This document shows positions 37,998 to 47,873 of a stretch of 62,159 nt of DNA, in pieces (position 1 is the stretch's first letter; the number at the start of each line of letters is the position of its first letter). Origin of the DNA: an uncultured Acidimicrobiales bacterium (GTDB lineage: Bacteria; Actinomycetota; Acidimicrobiia; Acidimicrobiales; SZUA-35); NCBI GenBank assembly GCA_938009905.1, contig CALLGK010000021.1:1-62159 (forward strand), in the 5' to 3' direction. The position numbers and the translations under genes are program-made. Below the pieces are notes generated by a model. It saw nothing but the letters and a program-made list of their open reading frames with translations. It made no database searches and was not told the DNA's origin.

Positions 37998-39245
37998 TTA
38001 ACCCTTTGGTGTTTCGTTCCAGGGCCCGCTGTCCATGCGGGGTTCCTTGGGAAGGCCGAGGACTCGCTCGCCGATGATGTTCTTCTGGACCTGGCTTGTG
38101 CCGGCGTAGATCGTGCCGGATCGGGCCATGAAGGCGCTGTGCTGAAGCGTGGCGGGAGTGTTGGGCACGCCAATGTCTGGTGCGCCCAGACCAGACGCGG
38201 TGGTGTCTCCGAACCCGATCATGGCGTCGGGGCCAATCACATTCATCAGCTCGTTGGTGACGTCGGAGTGGTAACTGCTCCAGAGCAGCTTGAACAAGGA
38301 AGACTCTGGCCCCGGTGGCTGATCGTTGAGGAACCGGGTGAGCGTTCGCATCCCGGCATAGCGCAGCAGCTCGACCCTGGTGTGGGCCTTGGCCAGCGTT
38401 TGGCGCACGAGAGGGTCATCGGTGAGCTCTCGCTTCACGCAGAGCTCTGTGAGTCGGTCGAGCTCCGCCCGGTAGCGGATGGGCGTGACGGTGGCGCCAA
38501 CGCCGCGCTCGAAGGCGAGGAGCTTGTTGGCCACGGCCCAGCCGTTGTTGACGTCGCCCACCACGTGATCTTTCGGGCAACGAGCATCTGAGAAGAACAC
38601 TTCGTTGAAGTGGTTGTCGCCTGCGATGTTCCTGATCGGCCGGAGTTCGACTCCTGGCTGGTCCATCGGCACAAGGAGGAACGTGATGCCCTGGTGCTTG
38701 GGGGAGTCGGGTGCGGTGCGAGCCAACACGAAGATCCAGTTTGCGTGCTGGCCTCCGGAGGTCCAGATCTTCTGGCCGTTGATGATCCACTCGTCGCCGT
38801 CGAGTTCGGCCCGGGTGCCGAGTCCGGCAAGGTCAGAGCCGGCACCGGGTTCGGAGTAGCCCTGACACCACACATGTTCGCCAGACAAGATCTTGGGGAT
38901 GAACGCTGCCTTCTGCTCGTCTGTGCCCATCGCGAGGATGGTGTTGCCGAGCATGCCGATGCTGAAGCCGTCGTTGCTGCCACCGGTTGGAGCTCCCCGT
39001 CGAGCGAACTCTTCGTGCAGGATCACGGTCTCGAGCGCCGTGAGACCCGCGCCGCCCACATCGGTTGGCCAGTTGAGCGCCAGCAGGTTGTTCTCCGACA
39101 AGATTGCTCGCCATCGAGTCTGGAACTCGTCGCGCTCGGCGCCCTCCATCGAGCCGATTCCGGCGAAGTCGTCAGGTAGGTGCTCGTTCAAGAACGTGCG
39201 GATGCGAGTCCGGAATTCAGAGGCCTCAGCTGGTCGAAGATCCAT
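37998..39245 (-). CDS. Acyl-CoA dehydrogenase
   Basis: WCQGYSEPGAGSDLA, INGQKIWTS, FNEVFF, IYAGTSQVQKNIIGERVLGLP. Confidence 0.93.
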   Translation of the reverse strand: MDLRPAEASEFRTRIRTFLNEHLPDDFAGIGSMEGAERDEFQTRWRAILSENNLLALNWPTDVGGAGLTALETVILHEEFARRGAPTGGSNDGFSIGMLGNTILAMGTDEQKAAFIPKILSGEHVWCQGYSEPGAGSDLAGLGTRAELDGDEWIINGQKIWTSGGQHANWIFVLARTAPDSPKHQGITFLLVPMDQPGVELRPIRNIAGDNHFNEVFFSDARCPKDHVVGDVNNGWAVANKLLAFERGVGATVTPIRYRAELDRLTELCVKRELTDDPLVRQTLAKAHTRVELLRYAGMRTLTRFLNDQPPGPESSLFKLLWSSYHSDVTNELMNVIGPDAMIGFGDTTASGLGAPDIGVPNTPATLQHSAFMARSGTIYAGTSQVQKNIIGERVLGLPKEPRMDSGPWNETPKG

Positions 39246-39332
39246 GAGGTGGAAGTTAGTTGACCAAAAGCGGGAAGAACATTTCGGGTCAGATTCAGCT
39301 TGATCAGGTGGTCTGCGGCCGTCGTCCCCTGC

Positions 39333-39408
39333 TTGTGCACAGCATCTCTTCTAAATCCACAGCCCATCCTCTTTTGATCCACAAGGGGGTGTCTCTAGGT
39401 TGTCCTCA
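39333..39408 (+). promoter_or_regulatory. Four co-oriented degenerate DnaA-box-like 9-mers
   Basis: TTGTGCACA 39333, AAATCCACA 39353, TGATCCACA 39375, TTGTCCTCA 39400 (1-2 mismatches to TTRTCCACA). Confidence 0.45.
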
Positions 39409-39741
39409 GCAGGTCAGCCCGGTCGGAGTCGGGGGCATGTTCGGGGCCAACGGCCCTTTAAGGATGTGAGCTGAGCGGCGGGGCGACCCGAGGTGACGCT
39501 TTCCCTCAACCCCTCGTTTCCGGCCGGCTGGCCCACCCCCGCAGCGCGTGGTCTCACGTGACGTTCAGTGCACGCCTTCGGGTGGTCGTTGGCGTATCCA
39601 AACGGGGTGTGCAGGCGCGAGAATTTGGTTGTTGCTGCATGTTGTGTAATTCGCGTCACGTGTTTTAGGGGCGGGGAGTGCACTTGTAGAGCCGATCTTG
39701 GAGAATCATTGACATCGGCGTAATTACGATGGTGTAATACC

Positions 39742-39798
39742 CGTCCACATCTTGTGCTCCGAACCCCATCCGGGGGACGGCGACACAACATCTTGTGG
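39742..39798. promoter_or_regulatory. Tandem NrdR boxes upstream of nrdJ
   Basis: cgtccACATCTTGTGc (39742) and acacaACATCTTGTGg (39783), 41 bp apart, just after TTGACA (39709). Confidence 0.75.
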
Positions 39799-40125
39799 TC
39801 GCCCACATATTGTCAGCACGGCTCGCCAGTTCGACTGGATGCGGCGGTGGCGACGAATATCGGGTGATGCAGGGGGTTGCGTTGGTACGACATCACAGGG
39901 AAAAGCACCGCTATCTCGGATGAATTCCGGTGAATGCGGCGTTGTACCTAGTGGCACGTACAGGTTCTCGATGTGTGGGGCGTCAGACGGTTTCTCGAGC
40001 GGCACACAGCCCTGTTCTTCGTGAGCAGGCTGCGGTGGCGAGCGAGACGCAAGGGGGGTTCAGTGAACACACCACGTCTGACTCGCACGCCCCACGTTGC
40101 TCACAACGCAACGAGCTAGCAAGGC

Positions 40126-40161
40126 AACGCAATCAACTCGAATAACGCAATCAACTCGAAT
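40126..40161 (+). repeat. Perfect 18-bp tandem duplication in the nrdJ leader
   Basis: AACGCAATCAACTCGAAT x2. Confidence 0.85.
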
Positions 40162-40266
40162 ACAGAAACCACCCGCTACAGAAATTTCTGACCGGCACAT
40201 CCTCTTGGAGAACGCCAAGCCACCGGCGGCGGCGCAACCGATCAGATCCCTCAACAGGAGAACTCA

Positions 40267-43119
40267 ATGGCTTTGGCCCCCGAGACGATCGACCTCACTT
40301 CCGGAACGCCCGGAATCGGTCTTCGTCGCACGTTCACGACACCCGGCACTCATCCGTTCGACACCGTGACGTGGGAAAAGCGCGACGCTCGCATCAGTAA
40401 CTGGAAGACCGGCGAAGTCGCCTTCGAACAACTCGGTGTCGAAGTGCCGAGTACCTGGTCAGTCAACGCCACCAACATTTTGGCGCAGAAGTACTTCCGA
40501 GGAACGCTCAACACTAACGAGCGCGAAACCTCGCTCAAGCAGGTCGTGAACCGCGTGGTCGACACCATCACCACCTGGGGCACCGAGGGTGGCTACTTCG
40601 TGTCAGACGAAGAAGCAGCGATCTTCTCCGATGAGCTCAAATACCTCATCATCCACCAGAAGGGTGCGTTCAACTCACCGGTGTGGTTCAACATCGGTGT
40701 GAAGGGCGTGCCTCAGCAGGCATCGGCCTGCTTCATCCTGTCGGTCGAAGACAAGATGGACGCCATCCTCAACTGGTACGTCGAAGAGGGCACCATCTTC
40801 AAGGGCGGATCCGGCGCCGGTATCAACCTCTCTCGCATCCGCTCGTCAGCCGAGCTGCTCAAGGGCGGCGGCACCGCTTCCGGTCCCGTCAGCTTCATGC
40901 GTGGCGCCGACTCCTCAGCGGGCACCATCAAGTCGGGCGGCAAGACCCGCCGGGCCGCCAAGATGGTCATGCTCGACATCGATCACCCCGACATCGAAGA
41001 GTTCATCTGGTGCAAGTCCGTCGAAGAGCGCAAGGCTCGTGTGCTTCGCGAAGCTGGCTTCGACATGGACCTCGACGGCGCAGACAGCCACTCGATCCAG
41101 TACCAGAACGCCAACAATTCGGTCCGTGTCACCGACGAGTTCATGACCGCCGTCGAAAACGACGACGACTGGGACCTCGTGGCTCGCACCACCGGCGAGG
41201 TTGTGCGCACCGTCAAGGCCCGCGACCTGATGCGTCAGTTCGCCCAGTCCACCTGGGAGTGCGCCGACCCCGGCATGCAGTACGACTCCACGATCAACCG
41301 CTGGCACACCTCGGCGAACACCGGCAAGATCAACGGCTCGAACCCCTGCTCGGAATACATGCACCTCGACAACTCGGCGTGCAACCTGGCGAGCCTCAAC
41401 CTGCTCACCTTCCTCAACGACGACGACACCTTCGACGTTGACGGCTTCATGTCCGGTGTCGAGGCCTTCTTCACCGCTCAAGAGATTCTCGTCGGCCGGG
41501 CCGACTACCCAACCGATCCCATCGGTGAGACCTCACGCAACTTCCGCCAGCTCGGTCTCGGCTACGCCAACATCGGCGCTCTGCTGATGAACCTCGGCCT
41601 TCCCTACGACTCAGACGAAGGTCGGGCCTATGCCGCCGCCATCACCTCGCTGATGACCGGCCACGCCTACTACACCTCGGCCAAGACCTCGGCCCGTATG
41701 GGTCCGCACGCTGGCTACGCCGAAAACGAAGAGCACATGCTCCGAGTGCTCCGTCAGCATCAAGAGGCAAACGCGTCGATCGACGAAGAGCTGGCTCCGA
41801 CCGATCTGCTCACCGCAGCTCAGGAATCGTGGGACCGCACCGTCGAGCTGGCACCGGTCGTGGGTGTTCGTAACGCGCAGGCCACCGTGCTGGCGCCAAC
41901 GGGCACCATCGGCCTGCTGATGGACTGTGACACCACGGGCATCGAGCCAGACCTTGGTCTGTGCAAGATGAAGAAGCTGGTGGGCGGCGGCACGATGATG
42001 ATCGTCAACCAGTCGGTGCCACGGGCTCTTCGTCGTCTCGGCTATGACGAGACCGCCGTCGAGGCCATCACCGCCTACATCGACGAGAACAAGACCATCC
42101 TCGGCGCCCCCGGTCTCCACCCAGACCACGTCGCCGTGTTTGCGTGCTCGATGGGCGACAACCCCATCCACTACCTCGGCCACGTCAAGATGATGGCGGC
42201 CGTCCAGCCGTTCATCTCGGGCGCCATCTCCAAGACCGTCAACATGCCAGAAGACGTCTCGGTCGAAGATGTGGAGCAGCTCCACATCGACGCCTGGAAG
42301 ATGGGCGTAAAGGCCATCGCCATCTACCGCGATAACTGCAAGGTGGCCCAGCCGCTCAGCATGGCCAAGAAGGACGACGACTCCGCAGACGACGATGCTG
42401 TTGATGCAACCGTCGCAGCAGCCGTCGCCCCGGTCACCGAGATTGTCGAGAAGGTTGTCTACAAGCCGGTCCGCGAGAAGCTTCCTCGTAACCGCCGTAG
42501 CCGCACCTTCGACTTCCGGGTTGCCGACTGCAAGGGCTTCGTCACCGTCGGCGAGTACGACGATGGCCGTCCTGGCGAGGTGTTCCTCCGGGTGTCAAAG
42601 CAGGGCTCGACCCTCGCCGGCATCATGGATGCGCTCGCCATCAGCATCAGCCACGGTCTGCAGTACGGCGTGCCGCTGCGCACCTACGTAGAGACCTTCA
42701 CCGGAATGCGCTTCGAGCCAGCCGGCATGACCGACGATCCCGACATCCGGATCTCCACCTCGATCATGGACTATCTCTTCCGCAAGCTTGCCGTGCTCTA
42801 TATGGAGCCAGCCGAGCGGTCGCAAATGGGCATCTTCACCACCGGTGAGCGCACCCAGCAGACGCTGCCTGGTGTCGACGAGACCGTCACCGTGCAGGGC
42901 CAAGAGATGGCGTCTGATCCTCCTTCGGTCGATTCGGCCGACGAGATCGTTGCCAAGATCGAAGCTGCTGAGGCTGCACCGGCTCAGGCCGCTGCTCCTG
43001 TCGAGCAGGCCATGACCGATCCAGACGCTCCGCTCTGTATGCAGTGCGGTGTCACGATGAATCGTTCTGGCAGCTGCCACGCCTGCCCAAGCTGTGGCAA
43101 CACGAGCGGCTGTAGCTAG
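40267..43119 (+). CDS. nrdJ: Vitamin B12-dependent (class II) ribonucleotide reductase
   Basis: FNSPVWFN, SACFIL, KSGGKTRRAAKM, NPCSEY, APTGTI, TSCPD domain, C-terminal CxxC..CxxCxxC; AGGAG RBS. Confidence 0.96.
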   Translation: MALAPETIDLTSGTPGIGLRRTFTTPGTHPFDTVTWEKRDARISNWKTGEVAFEQLGVEVPSTWSVNATNILAQKYFRGTLNTNERETSLKQVVNRVVDTITTWGTEGGYFVSDEEAAIFSDELKYLIIHQKGAFNSPVWFNIGVKGVPQQASACFILSVEDKMDAILNWYVEEGTIFKGGSGAGINLSRIRSSAELLKGGGTASGPVSFMRGADSSAGTIKSGGKTRRAAKMVMLDIDHPDIEEFIWCKSVEERKARVLREAGFDMDLDGADSHSIQYQNANNSVRVTDEFMTAVENDDDWDLVARTTGEVVRTVKARDLMRQFAQSTWECADPGMQYDSTINRWHTSANTGKINGSNPCSEYMHLDNSACNLASLNLLTFLNDDDTFDVDGFMSGVEAFFTAQEILVGRADYPTDPIGETSRNFRQLGLGYANIGALLMNLGLPYDSDEGRAYAAAITSLMTGHAYYTSAKTSARMGPHAGYAENEEHMLRVLRQHQEANASIDEELAPTDLLTAAQESWDRTVELAPVVGVRNAQATVLAPTGTIGLLMDCDTTGIEPDLGLCKMKKLVGGGTMMIVNQSVPRALRRLGYDETAVEAITAYIDENKTILGAPGLHPDHVAVFACSMGDNPIHYLGHVKMMAAVQPFISGAISKTVNMPEDVSVEDVEQLHIDAWKMGVKAIAIYRDNCKVAQPLSMAKKDDDSADDDAVDATVAAAVAPVTEIVEKVVYKPVREKLPRNRRSRTFDFRVADCKGFVTVGEYDDGRPGEVFLRVSKQGSTLAGIMDALAISISHGLQYGVPLRTYVETFTGMRFEPAGMTDDPDIRISTSIMDYLFRKLAVLYMEPAERSQMGIFTTGERTQQTLPGVDETVTVQGQEMASDPPSVDSADEIVAKIEAAEAAPAQAAAPVEQAMTDPDAPLCMQCGVTMNRSGSCHACPSCGNTSGCS

Positions 43120-43147
43120 CTAACAAGACAGCACAGGTACGCAAGAG

Positions 43148-43184
43148 CCCCGGCACCAACAGGTGCCGGGGTTTCTGCTTTTTG
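43148..43184 (+). terminator. Intrinsic terminator after nrdJ
   Basis: ccccggcacc-aaca-ggtgccgggg followed by tttctgcttttt. Confidence 0.8.
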
Positions 43185-43192
43185 CGTGCGGC

Positions 43193-43846
43193 TTACCAGC
43201 CGTTCCAGTGCACGAAGTCGTCCATGGGTTTGCGGGCTCCACGTTTGAAGTCGGTGCCGATGGTGTGGGCCACGGGGATGAGCGCCACTTGCTGGATGTC
43301 GGCAAACGGGATGCCAAGGATGTCCGCCACCTCTTCCTCAGCGGTGAGGTGCACCGTCGTCCAGCACGTGCCGAGGCCGCGGACGCGCCCAGCCAGCATG
43401 AAACTCCACGTCGCTTGAATCACCGAGCCCCATCGCAGCGCTTGCATGGTTGCCGGTGCACCATCAAGCCGGCCGCTGATGCAGGGCACAAGCACTGCCG
43501 GGATCTCGGGAAAGTTGTCGGCAAGGTGCCGGGCCGACTCCATCATGCGGAGCCACGCAGCCCGCGCCGTCGGGTCTGGCTCGTTGGCTGCAGCCGCATC
43601 GAGATAGTCGTCGGTCACTAGCCCGTTCCACACTCGCTTGTACACCTCGCCAACGCGGCCGCATTGCTCTCGGTCGGTCGACACCACGAAGTGCCAATCT
43701 TGTCGGAGCGATCCGGTTGGCGCTTGCAACGACAACTCCAGACACTGGTTGAGCAGCTCAGGATCGACCTCGCGCTCGAAGTCGAGTCGGCGGCGAACGG
43801 ATCTGGTTGTGGCGAGCATCTCGTCTGGCGTCATGTCGAGCAGCAT
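43193..43846 (-). CDS. Nitroreductase-family protein
   Basis: TTRSVRRRLD, QAPTGSLRQDWHF, SFMLAGRVRGLGTCWTT. Confidence 0.88.
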   Translation of the reverse strand: MLLDMTPDEMLATTRSVRRRLDFEREVDPELLNQCLELSLQAPTGSLRQDWHFVVSTDREQCGRVGEVYKRVWNGLVTDDYLDAAAANEPDPTARAAWLRMMESARHLADNFPEIPAVLVPCISGRLDGAPATMQALRWGSVIQATWSFMLAGRVRGLGTCWTTVHLTAEEEVADILGIPFADIQQVALIPVAHTIGTDFKRGARKPMDDFVHWNGW

Positions 43847-44142
43847 TCGCCGAGTCTGGCACGGAGCCGTGGTGGTGTGTCGACCGCCACAATCTGACGG
43901 CGGTCGTTCGATTTGTGGGTTAGGGATGTTCGTTTCCCGCGGGTAACTCTCAAGATTCTTTTGCGCACCGATCGGGCGACGATTCCCGGCAGTAGAGGGA
44001 TGTAAGCGTTTTCACGATCCCACAGGTCATGTTTCGATTCTCGGTCGACCGTTGTTCGGTTGAGGACAGCCCTTTGTGCCCCGCTAGCGTGATGGTTCAG
44101 CTCGTCGTGAGTCCCACGTCGAGACAAAGAAGGAAAAGCGCA

Positions 44143-44343
44143 ATGCCTACAGGTTCAGTCAAGTTCTTCAACAGTGAGAAGGGCTACGGCTTCATCTCCC
44201 AGCCCGAAGGTGATGACATCTTCGTGCACTACAGCAACATCGAGGGCAGCGGCTACCGCTCGCTTGATGAGGGAAACACCGTCGAGTTTGAGATCGCTCC
44301 CGGACGTAAGGGCCCAGAGGCCGTCAACGTCCGCGTCGTCTGA
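44143..44343 (+). CDS. Cold-shock protein (CspA family)
   Basis: [22 protein letters not shown]; AAGGA RBS. Confidence 0.95.
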   Translation: MPTGSVKFFNSEKGYGFISQPEGDDIFVHYSNIEGSGYRSLDEGNTVEFEIAPGRKGPEAVNVRVV

Positions 44344-44387
44344 TTAATTGCTCGGGCTTCACGGCCTGATCAACATTGACGTGACAA

Positions 44388-44426
44388 TGGGCTGAGCCGC
44401 GGCGGGCTCAGCCCCCGTCTCGTTTC
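44388..44426 (+). terminator. Terminator hairpin after csp
   Basis: gggctgagcc-gcggcg-ggctcagccc. Confidence 0.65.
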
Positions 44427-44557
44427 CTCACGAGGGAACGGTCGACGGTAACGAGGGCGCCGATCCCGGGCGTCCAAGCTCCGCCTCCAGGCCTACGCCT
44501 GACATGTGGCTGCGCCCCGCTGTGCCTCATCCGGCCGGGCAGCAGGTGCGAGAAGCG

Positions 44558-45784
44558 CTACTCGGCGAGTGAATCAGCCGAACGAGAATCAGTTGCTGGT
44601 GCAGGTCCGATGCCTGCGCCTTCGTCGTTTTGGGCCTCGACCAGAACAGCCTCGTCAACGAAGGCTTTGTCCTCGACCAGCGCAGGTTCTTCAGACGGCG
44701 TTGTCTCGTCATCAACTGCTGTCTCTTCAACGGCCACGGTGTCTTCAACAACCACGGTGTCGGCCAGGACGTCGTCAGCGACCGGGTCTGTCACGTCTGT
44801 GTCTGTCAGCTCTGTGTCTGTCAGTTCTGTGTCTGTCAGCTCTGTGTCTGCCAGCCCTGCGTCAGCGATCGACGCCTCTGACTCGAACACGTCGCTGAGG
44901 TCGACCGAGTCGCTCACGGCGCCGCTGCTCTGGGCGTCGTCGGCTCCTCCGGCTGATCCGGCGAAGCCCGAACTCGTGTCGGTGTCTGGCTCTTCGGTCG
45001 TTGTCCCCTCAACCTGCGTTGTTGGAGTGGAGGTCGTCTCGGCTTCGGTGGTGACCGCATCTGGATCAGAGGTCGCAACCACGGTTGTGCTCGTGGCGTC
45101 GGTGGTATCGACGTCGACGGTTGTGCTCTCAGATGTTGATGTTTCGCTGCCAGTGACTTCGGGTTGCGTGGTAGTTGGCCCGTCGCTGGATGGTGCCGCT
45201 ACTTCGCCTTCGATCGTCGTGGTGGCTTGTTCTTCGGTGGCCGTGGACTCGACAGGCTGTGATGAGGCAACGATCGTCGGTTCCACCGTGGTGACATCGG
45301 GCGTCGACGGTGTGGTTTCTTCGGAGTCTGGATCGTCGCCGGTGTCGCTCACGGTTGTGGCAGACGAGTCGGAACCGTCGACCGCCTCGCTGTCGGCAAC
45401 GGTTGTTTCCGAGGACGGAGTCGTCGTTGCTGGGGTGGTCGGTGCTTCGGCGTCGACCTGCGAGCTTGTGGCGCTGCCGGCTCGAGCGCCTTCTGACCCA
45501 GTCGCGCCCGTGTCTGCCTCTGTGGTGGGTGCTGATTGGCCAACCACAATCGTTGGGTTCGGGGCGTCGGACGGTGCCGGTGTCTGGGCGTCGTCACCGC
45601 TTGCGACTTCGTCGCCAGGCTGCACGGTGGTTGACGCCGCGAGCGGACTGAGATCGCCGTTCGCCCGAACCTCCATCGCCCGGTAGGCGAGCGGGCCAGC
45701 AACGAGGGCGGCCGAGACGGTCGAGAGTGCGAGCGCGAGAAGCAGTCTCGGCGACTTCACAAGATCGAAGAACGACGTCAACAT
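44558..45784 (-). CDS. Membrane-anchored/secreted Thr/Ser/acidic low-complexity protein
   Basis: N-terminal hydrophobic helix, then mucin-like T/S/D/E sequence; 15-bp repeat (TELTD) at 44786-44850. Confidence 0.6.
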   Translation of the reverse strand: MLTSFFDLVKSPRLLLALALSTVSAALVAGPLAYRAMEVRANGDLSPLAASTTVQPGDEVASGDDAQTPAPSDAPNPTIVVGQSAPTTEADTGATGSEGARAGSATSSQVDAEAPTTPATTTPSSETTVADSEAVDGSDSSATTVSDTGDDPDSEETTPSTPDVTTVEPTIVASSQPVESTATEEQATTTIEGEVAAPSSDGPTTTQPEVTGSETSTSESTTVDVDTTDATSTTVVATSDPDAVTTEAETTSTPTTQVEGTTTEEPDTDTSSGFAGSAGGADDAQSSGAVSDSVDLSDVFESEASIADAGLADTELTDTELTDTELTDTDVTDPVADDVLADTVVVEDTVAVEETAVDDETTPSEEPALVEDKAFVDEAVLVEAQNDEGAGIGPAPATDSRSADSLAE

Positions 45785-46077
45785 CTACCCCTGCCCACGA
45801 ACGAGAAACCCGTGCGCTCCCACAGCTGTTTCTAGTCAAAAACCGCTGCTATTGAGGGCAAACGGGTGGTTTCACCCACCGAGATTGGAGCGACGGCAGA
45901 ACGATCCGCACGCTGCGTGCTCAGGCGGTGACGGGCCGGGTTGAAACTGCCGGAATCAGTGAGATATCTCACTGTGGAATGAGGTAGTCGCATGCGCCAA
46001 CGTGATAGAACGTCAGCGTTTCCCCGGTCTGGGTCCGGCGCGGGCACTGGCCGGGGAAACGTCCCAATTCGTGGGCG

Positions 46078-47223
46078 TTACGGGCGCAGCAGCTTGCGGT
46101 ACACGTCGGCCGCCCGACCAAGCTCGGCGATGTCGACCCACTCGACCGCCTTGTGAGCCTGGTCGATTGAGCCGGGACCAAACAGCGTTTTCTCGGCTGG
46201 CATCTCGATGTAGGCGAGCGCATTCGATCCGTACGTTGCGGTTTCGGGCTGCGAATCAGCGAGCTGGCTGAGTTCGTTGATGAGCGCGCCTGCTGGGTCT
46301 TCATAGAACGCGGCGGACCCTCGGCCATAGGCCAGGTCGACCACAACGTCGACCGGCGCGGCCGCTGCCTCAACGATCTCTTTCAAGGCAACAAACAGCT
46401 CGGCCGGGTCTTCCCCAGGGGCCGTTCGACGACCGGCGTAGAGCGTGCAGCAATCAGGAATGATGTTGCGAGCGACACCACCCTTGATCTCGGTGATCGA
46501 CAAGGTGCCGGGCCCCACCGCAGTGGTGCCACCAAGATCTTGCAGACGCTGATGCTCAGCATCGAGCGCATCGATGATTCGCCCCGCAGCTGAAATGGCA
46601 TTGGCCCCAAGGTGCGGTTTCGATGAGTGGGCGGCAACACCGTTCACGGTGATCTCAAGGCCAAGCGCTCCCTTGTGGCCGTGCACGGCAGCACACAGTG
46701 TCGGCTCGGCGATGATGAGCTGGTCAATGCCGAGACCGGTTTCTCCCACCCAGCGCCGGAAGGCATTGGCACCGATCAAACCTCCGACTTCCTCGGAGAT
46801 GGTGCCGACCAGCCAGACGTTTGGCCCTGGCCCGTTGTCGGCCAACAGTTCTTCGAGCACTGCCATCACGACCGCAAAGGTGGCCTTGGTATCGACCGAG
46901 CCGCGCCCGTACACCCGGTCGTCTTCGATCCGCCCGTCGAACGGGTCATCGGTCATGTGTTCGACCGAGACGGTGTCGAGGTGGGCGTCGATCACGATGG
47001 TCTTGTCGTGTTGACCTTCGAAGTGGGCGTACACGTTGGGGCGACCCGGCAAGGCTTCGTCGAGCACGACCGAGGCTCCAAGCGCTTCTGTCCGGTCGGC
47101 CAAGAAGTGGGCCAGTTCGGTTTCGCCGTCATCCCCGGACATTGGCCCAGCCTGAAGCGGGTTCACGCTTGGGATGCGGACAAGTTCGCTGACTCGCTTG
47201 GCAATATCGAGTGTCGTGACCAT
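46078..47223 (-). CDS. M20-family metallopeptidase (ArgE/DapE-like)
   Basis: AHLDTV, GRGSVDTK, SEE, AEPT, AHSSKP, GPGSIDQAH. Confidence 0.88.
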   Translation of the reverse strand: MVTTLDIAKRVSELVRIPSVNPLQAGPMSGDDGETELAHFLADRTEALGASVVLDEALPGRPNVYAHFEGQHDKTIVIDAHLDTVSVEHMTDDPFDGRIEDDRVYGRGSVDTKATFAVVMAVLEELLADNGPGPNVWLVGTISEEVGGLIGANAFRRWVGETGLGIDQLIIAEPTLCAAVHGHKGALGLEITVNGVAAHSSKPHLGANAISAAGRIIDALDAEHQRLQDLGGTTAVGPGTLSITEIKGGVARNIIPDCCTLYAGRRTAPGEDPAELFVALKEIVEAAAAPVDVVVDLAYGRGSAAFYEDPAGALINELSQLADSQPETATYGSNALAYIEMPAEKTLFGPGSIDQAHKAVEWVDIAELGRAADVYRKLLRP

Positions 47224-47277
47224 CTGCTGACGTTAGATCGCAGGAGCAACGGGCGCCCGTTGACCTACGCTTCCTGC

Positions 47278-47850
47278 ATGACGAGCTCGGGTGATGTCGC
47301 ATCTAAAAAGGACGCTCTCCGAGCGCGAGCGAAGAGAAACAGAGCCGACCTGCAGATCGATCATCGTCGGATCCAAGTGGGACTTGCCCGGTTCCTTGCC
47401 ACGGCGCCAGCCGGTTGGATCGTCGGATTTTCGGCGCTGGCAGGCGAGCCGGATCTTGCACCGGTGTTGGCCGGAACGGTCGATGACGATCTCGGTCCCT
47501 TTGCACTCACGCGCACGCCCGAATCGGGCTTCGATCTCACGGTGCACCCTGCTGACTCCGAAAGCGAAACGCACCGATACGGGTTTCAGCAGCCGGTTGC
47601 CGACAGTGCGCGAGTCGCCGATGTCGAGATCTCGGTCGTGCTCGTGCCCGGCTTGGCGTTCGATCGCTCGGGCGGCCGGCTTGGTTTTGGGGCCGGCTAC
47701 TACGACCGCTTCCTGGGCCGACTCGATCGGTCGGTCTTGCGCATTGGAGTGTCCGACGGGTTTGTTGTCGACAACGTTCCAACCGATGAACACGACGTGC
47801 CTATGACGCACCTGGCGACAGAGATCGGCGTCGTAGCGCTGCCGCTCTGA
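47278..47850 (+). CDS. 5-formyltetrahydrofolate cyclo-ligase
   Basis: KDALR, VLVPGLAFDRSGGRLGFGAGYYDRFL, EHDVPM. Confidence 0.9.
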   Translation: MTSSGDVASKKDALRARAKRNRADLQIDHRRIQVGLARFLATAPAGWIVGFSALAGEPDLAPVLAGTVDDDLGPFALTRTPESGFDLTVHPADSESETHRYGFQQPVADSARVADVEISVVLVPGLAFDRSGGRLGFGAGYYDRFLGRLDRSVLRIGVSDGFVVDNVPTDEHDVPMTHLATEIGVVALPL

Positions 47851-47873
47851 CGTTCGCAGCGTCTGCCCCAGTG

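Noticed and set aside
39333-39408. Replication origin (oriC)
   Set aside because: Only four degenerate boxes, no dnaA/dnaN context and no clear unwinding element.
39800-40266. Cobalamin riboswitch before nrdJ
   Set aside because: I could not identify the conserved B12-box core by eye; needs an Infernal scan.
40267-43119. Intein in nrdJ
   Set aside because: The length is typical and no splicing or homing-endonuclease motifs are seen.
44610-45686. 358-aa plus-strand ORF
   Set aside because: Antisense mirror of the low-complexity minus-strand gene, which has a signal/TM start.
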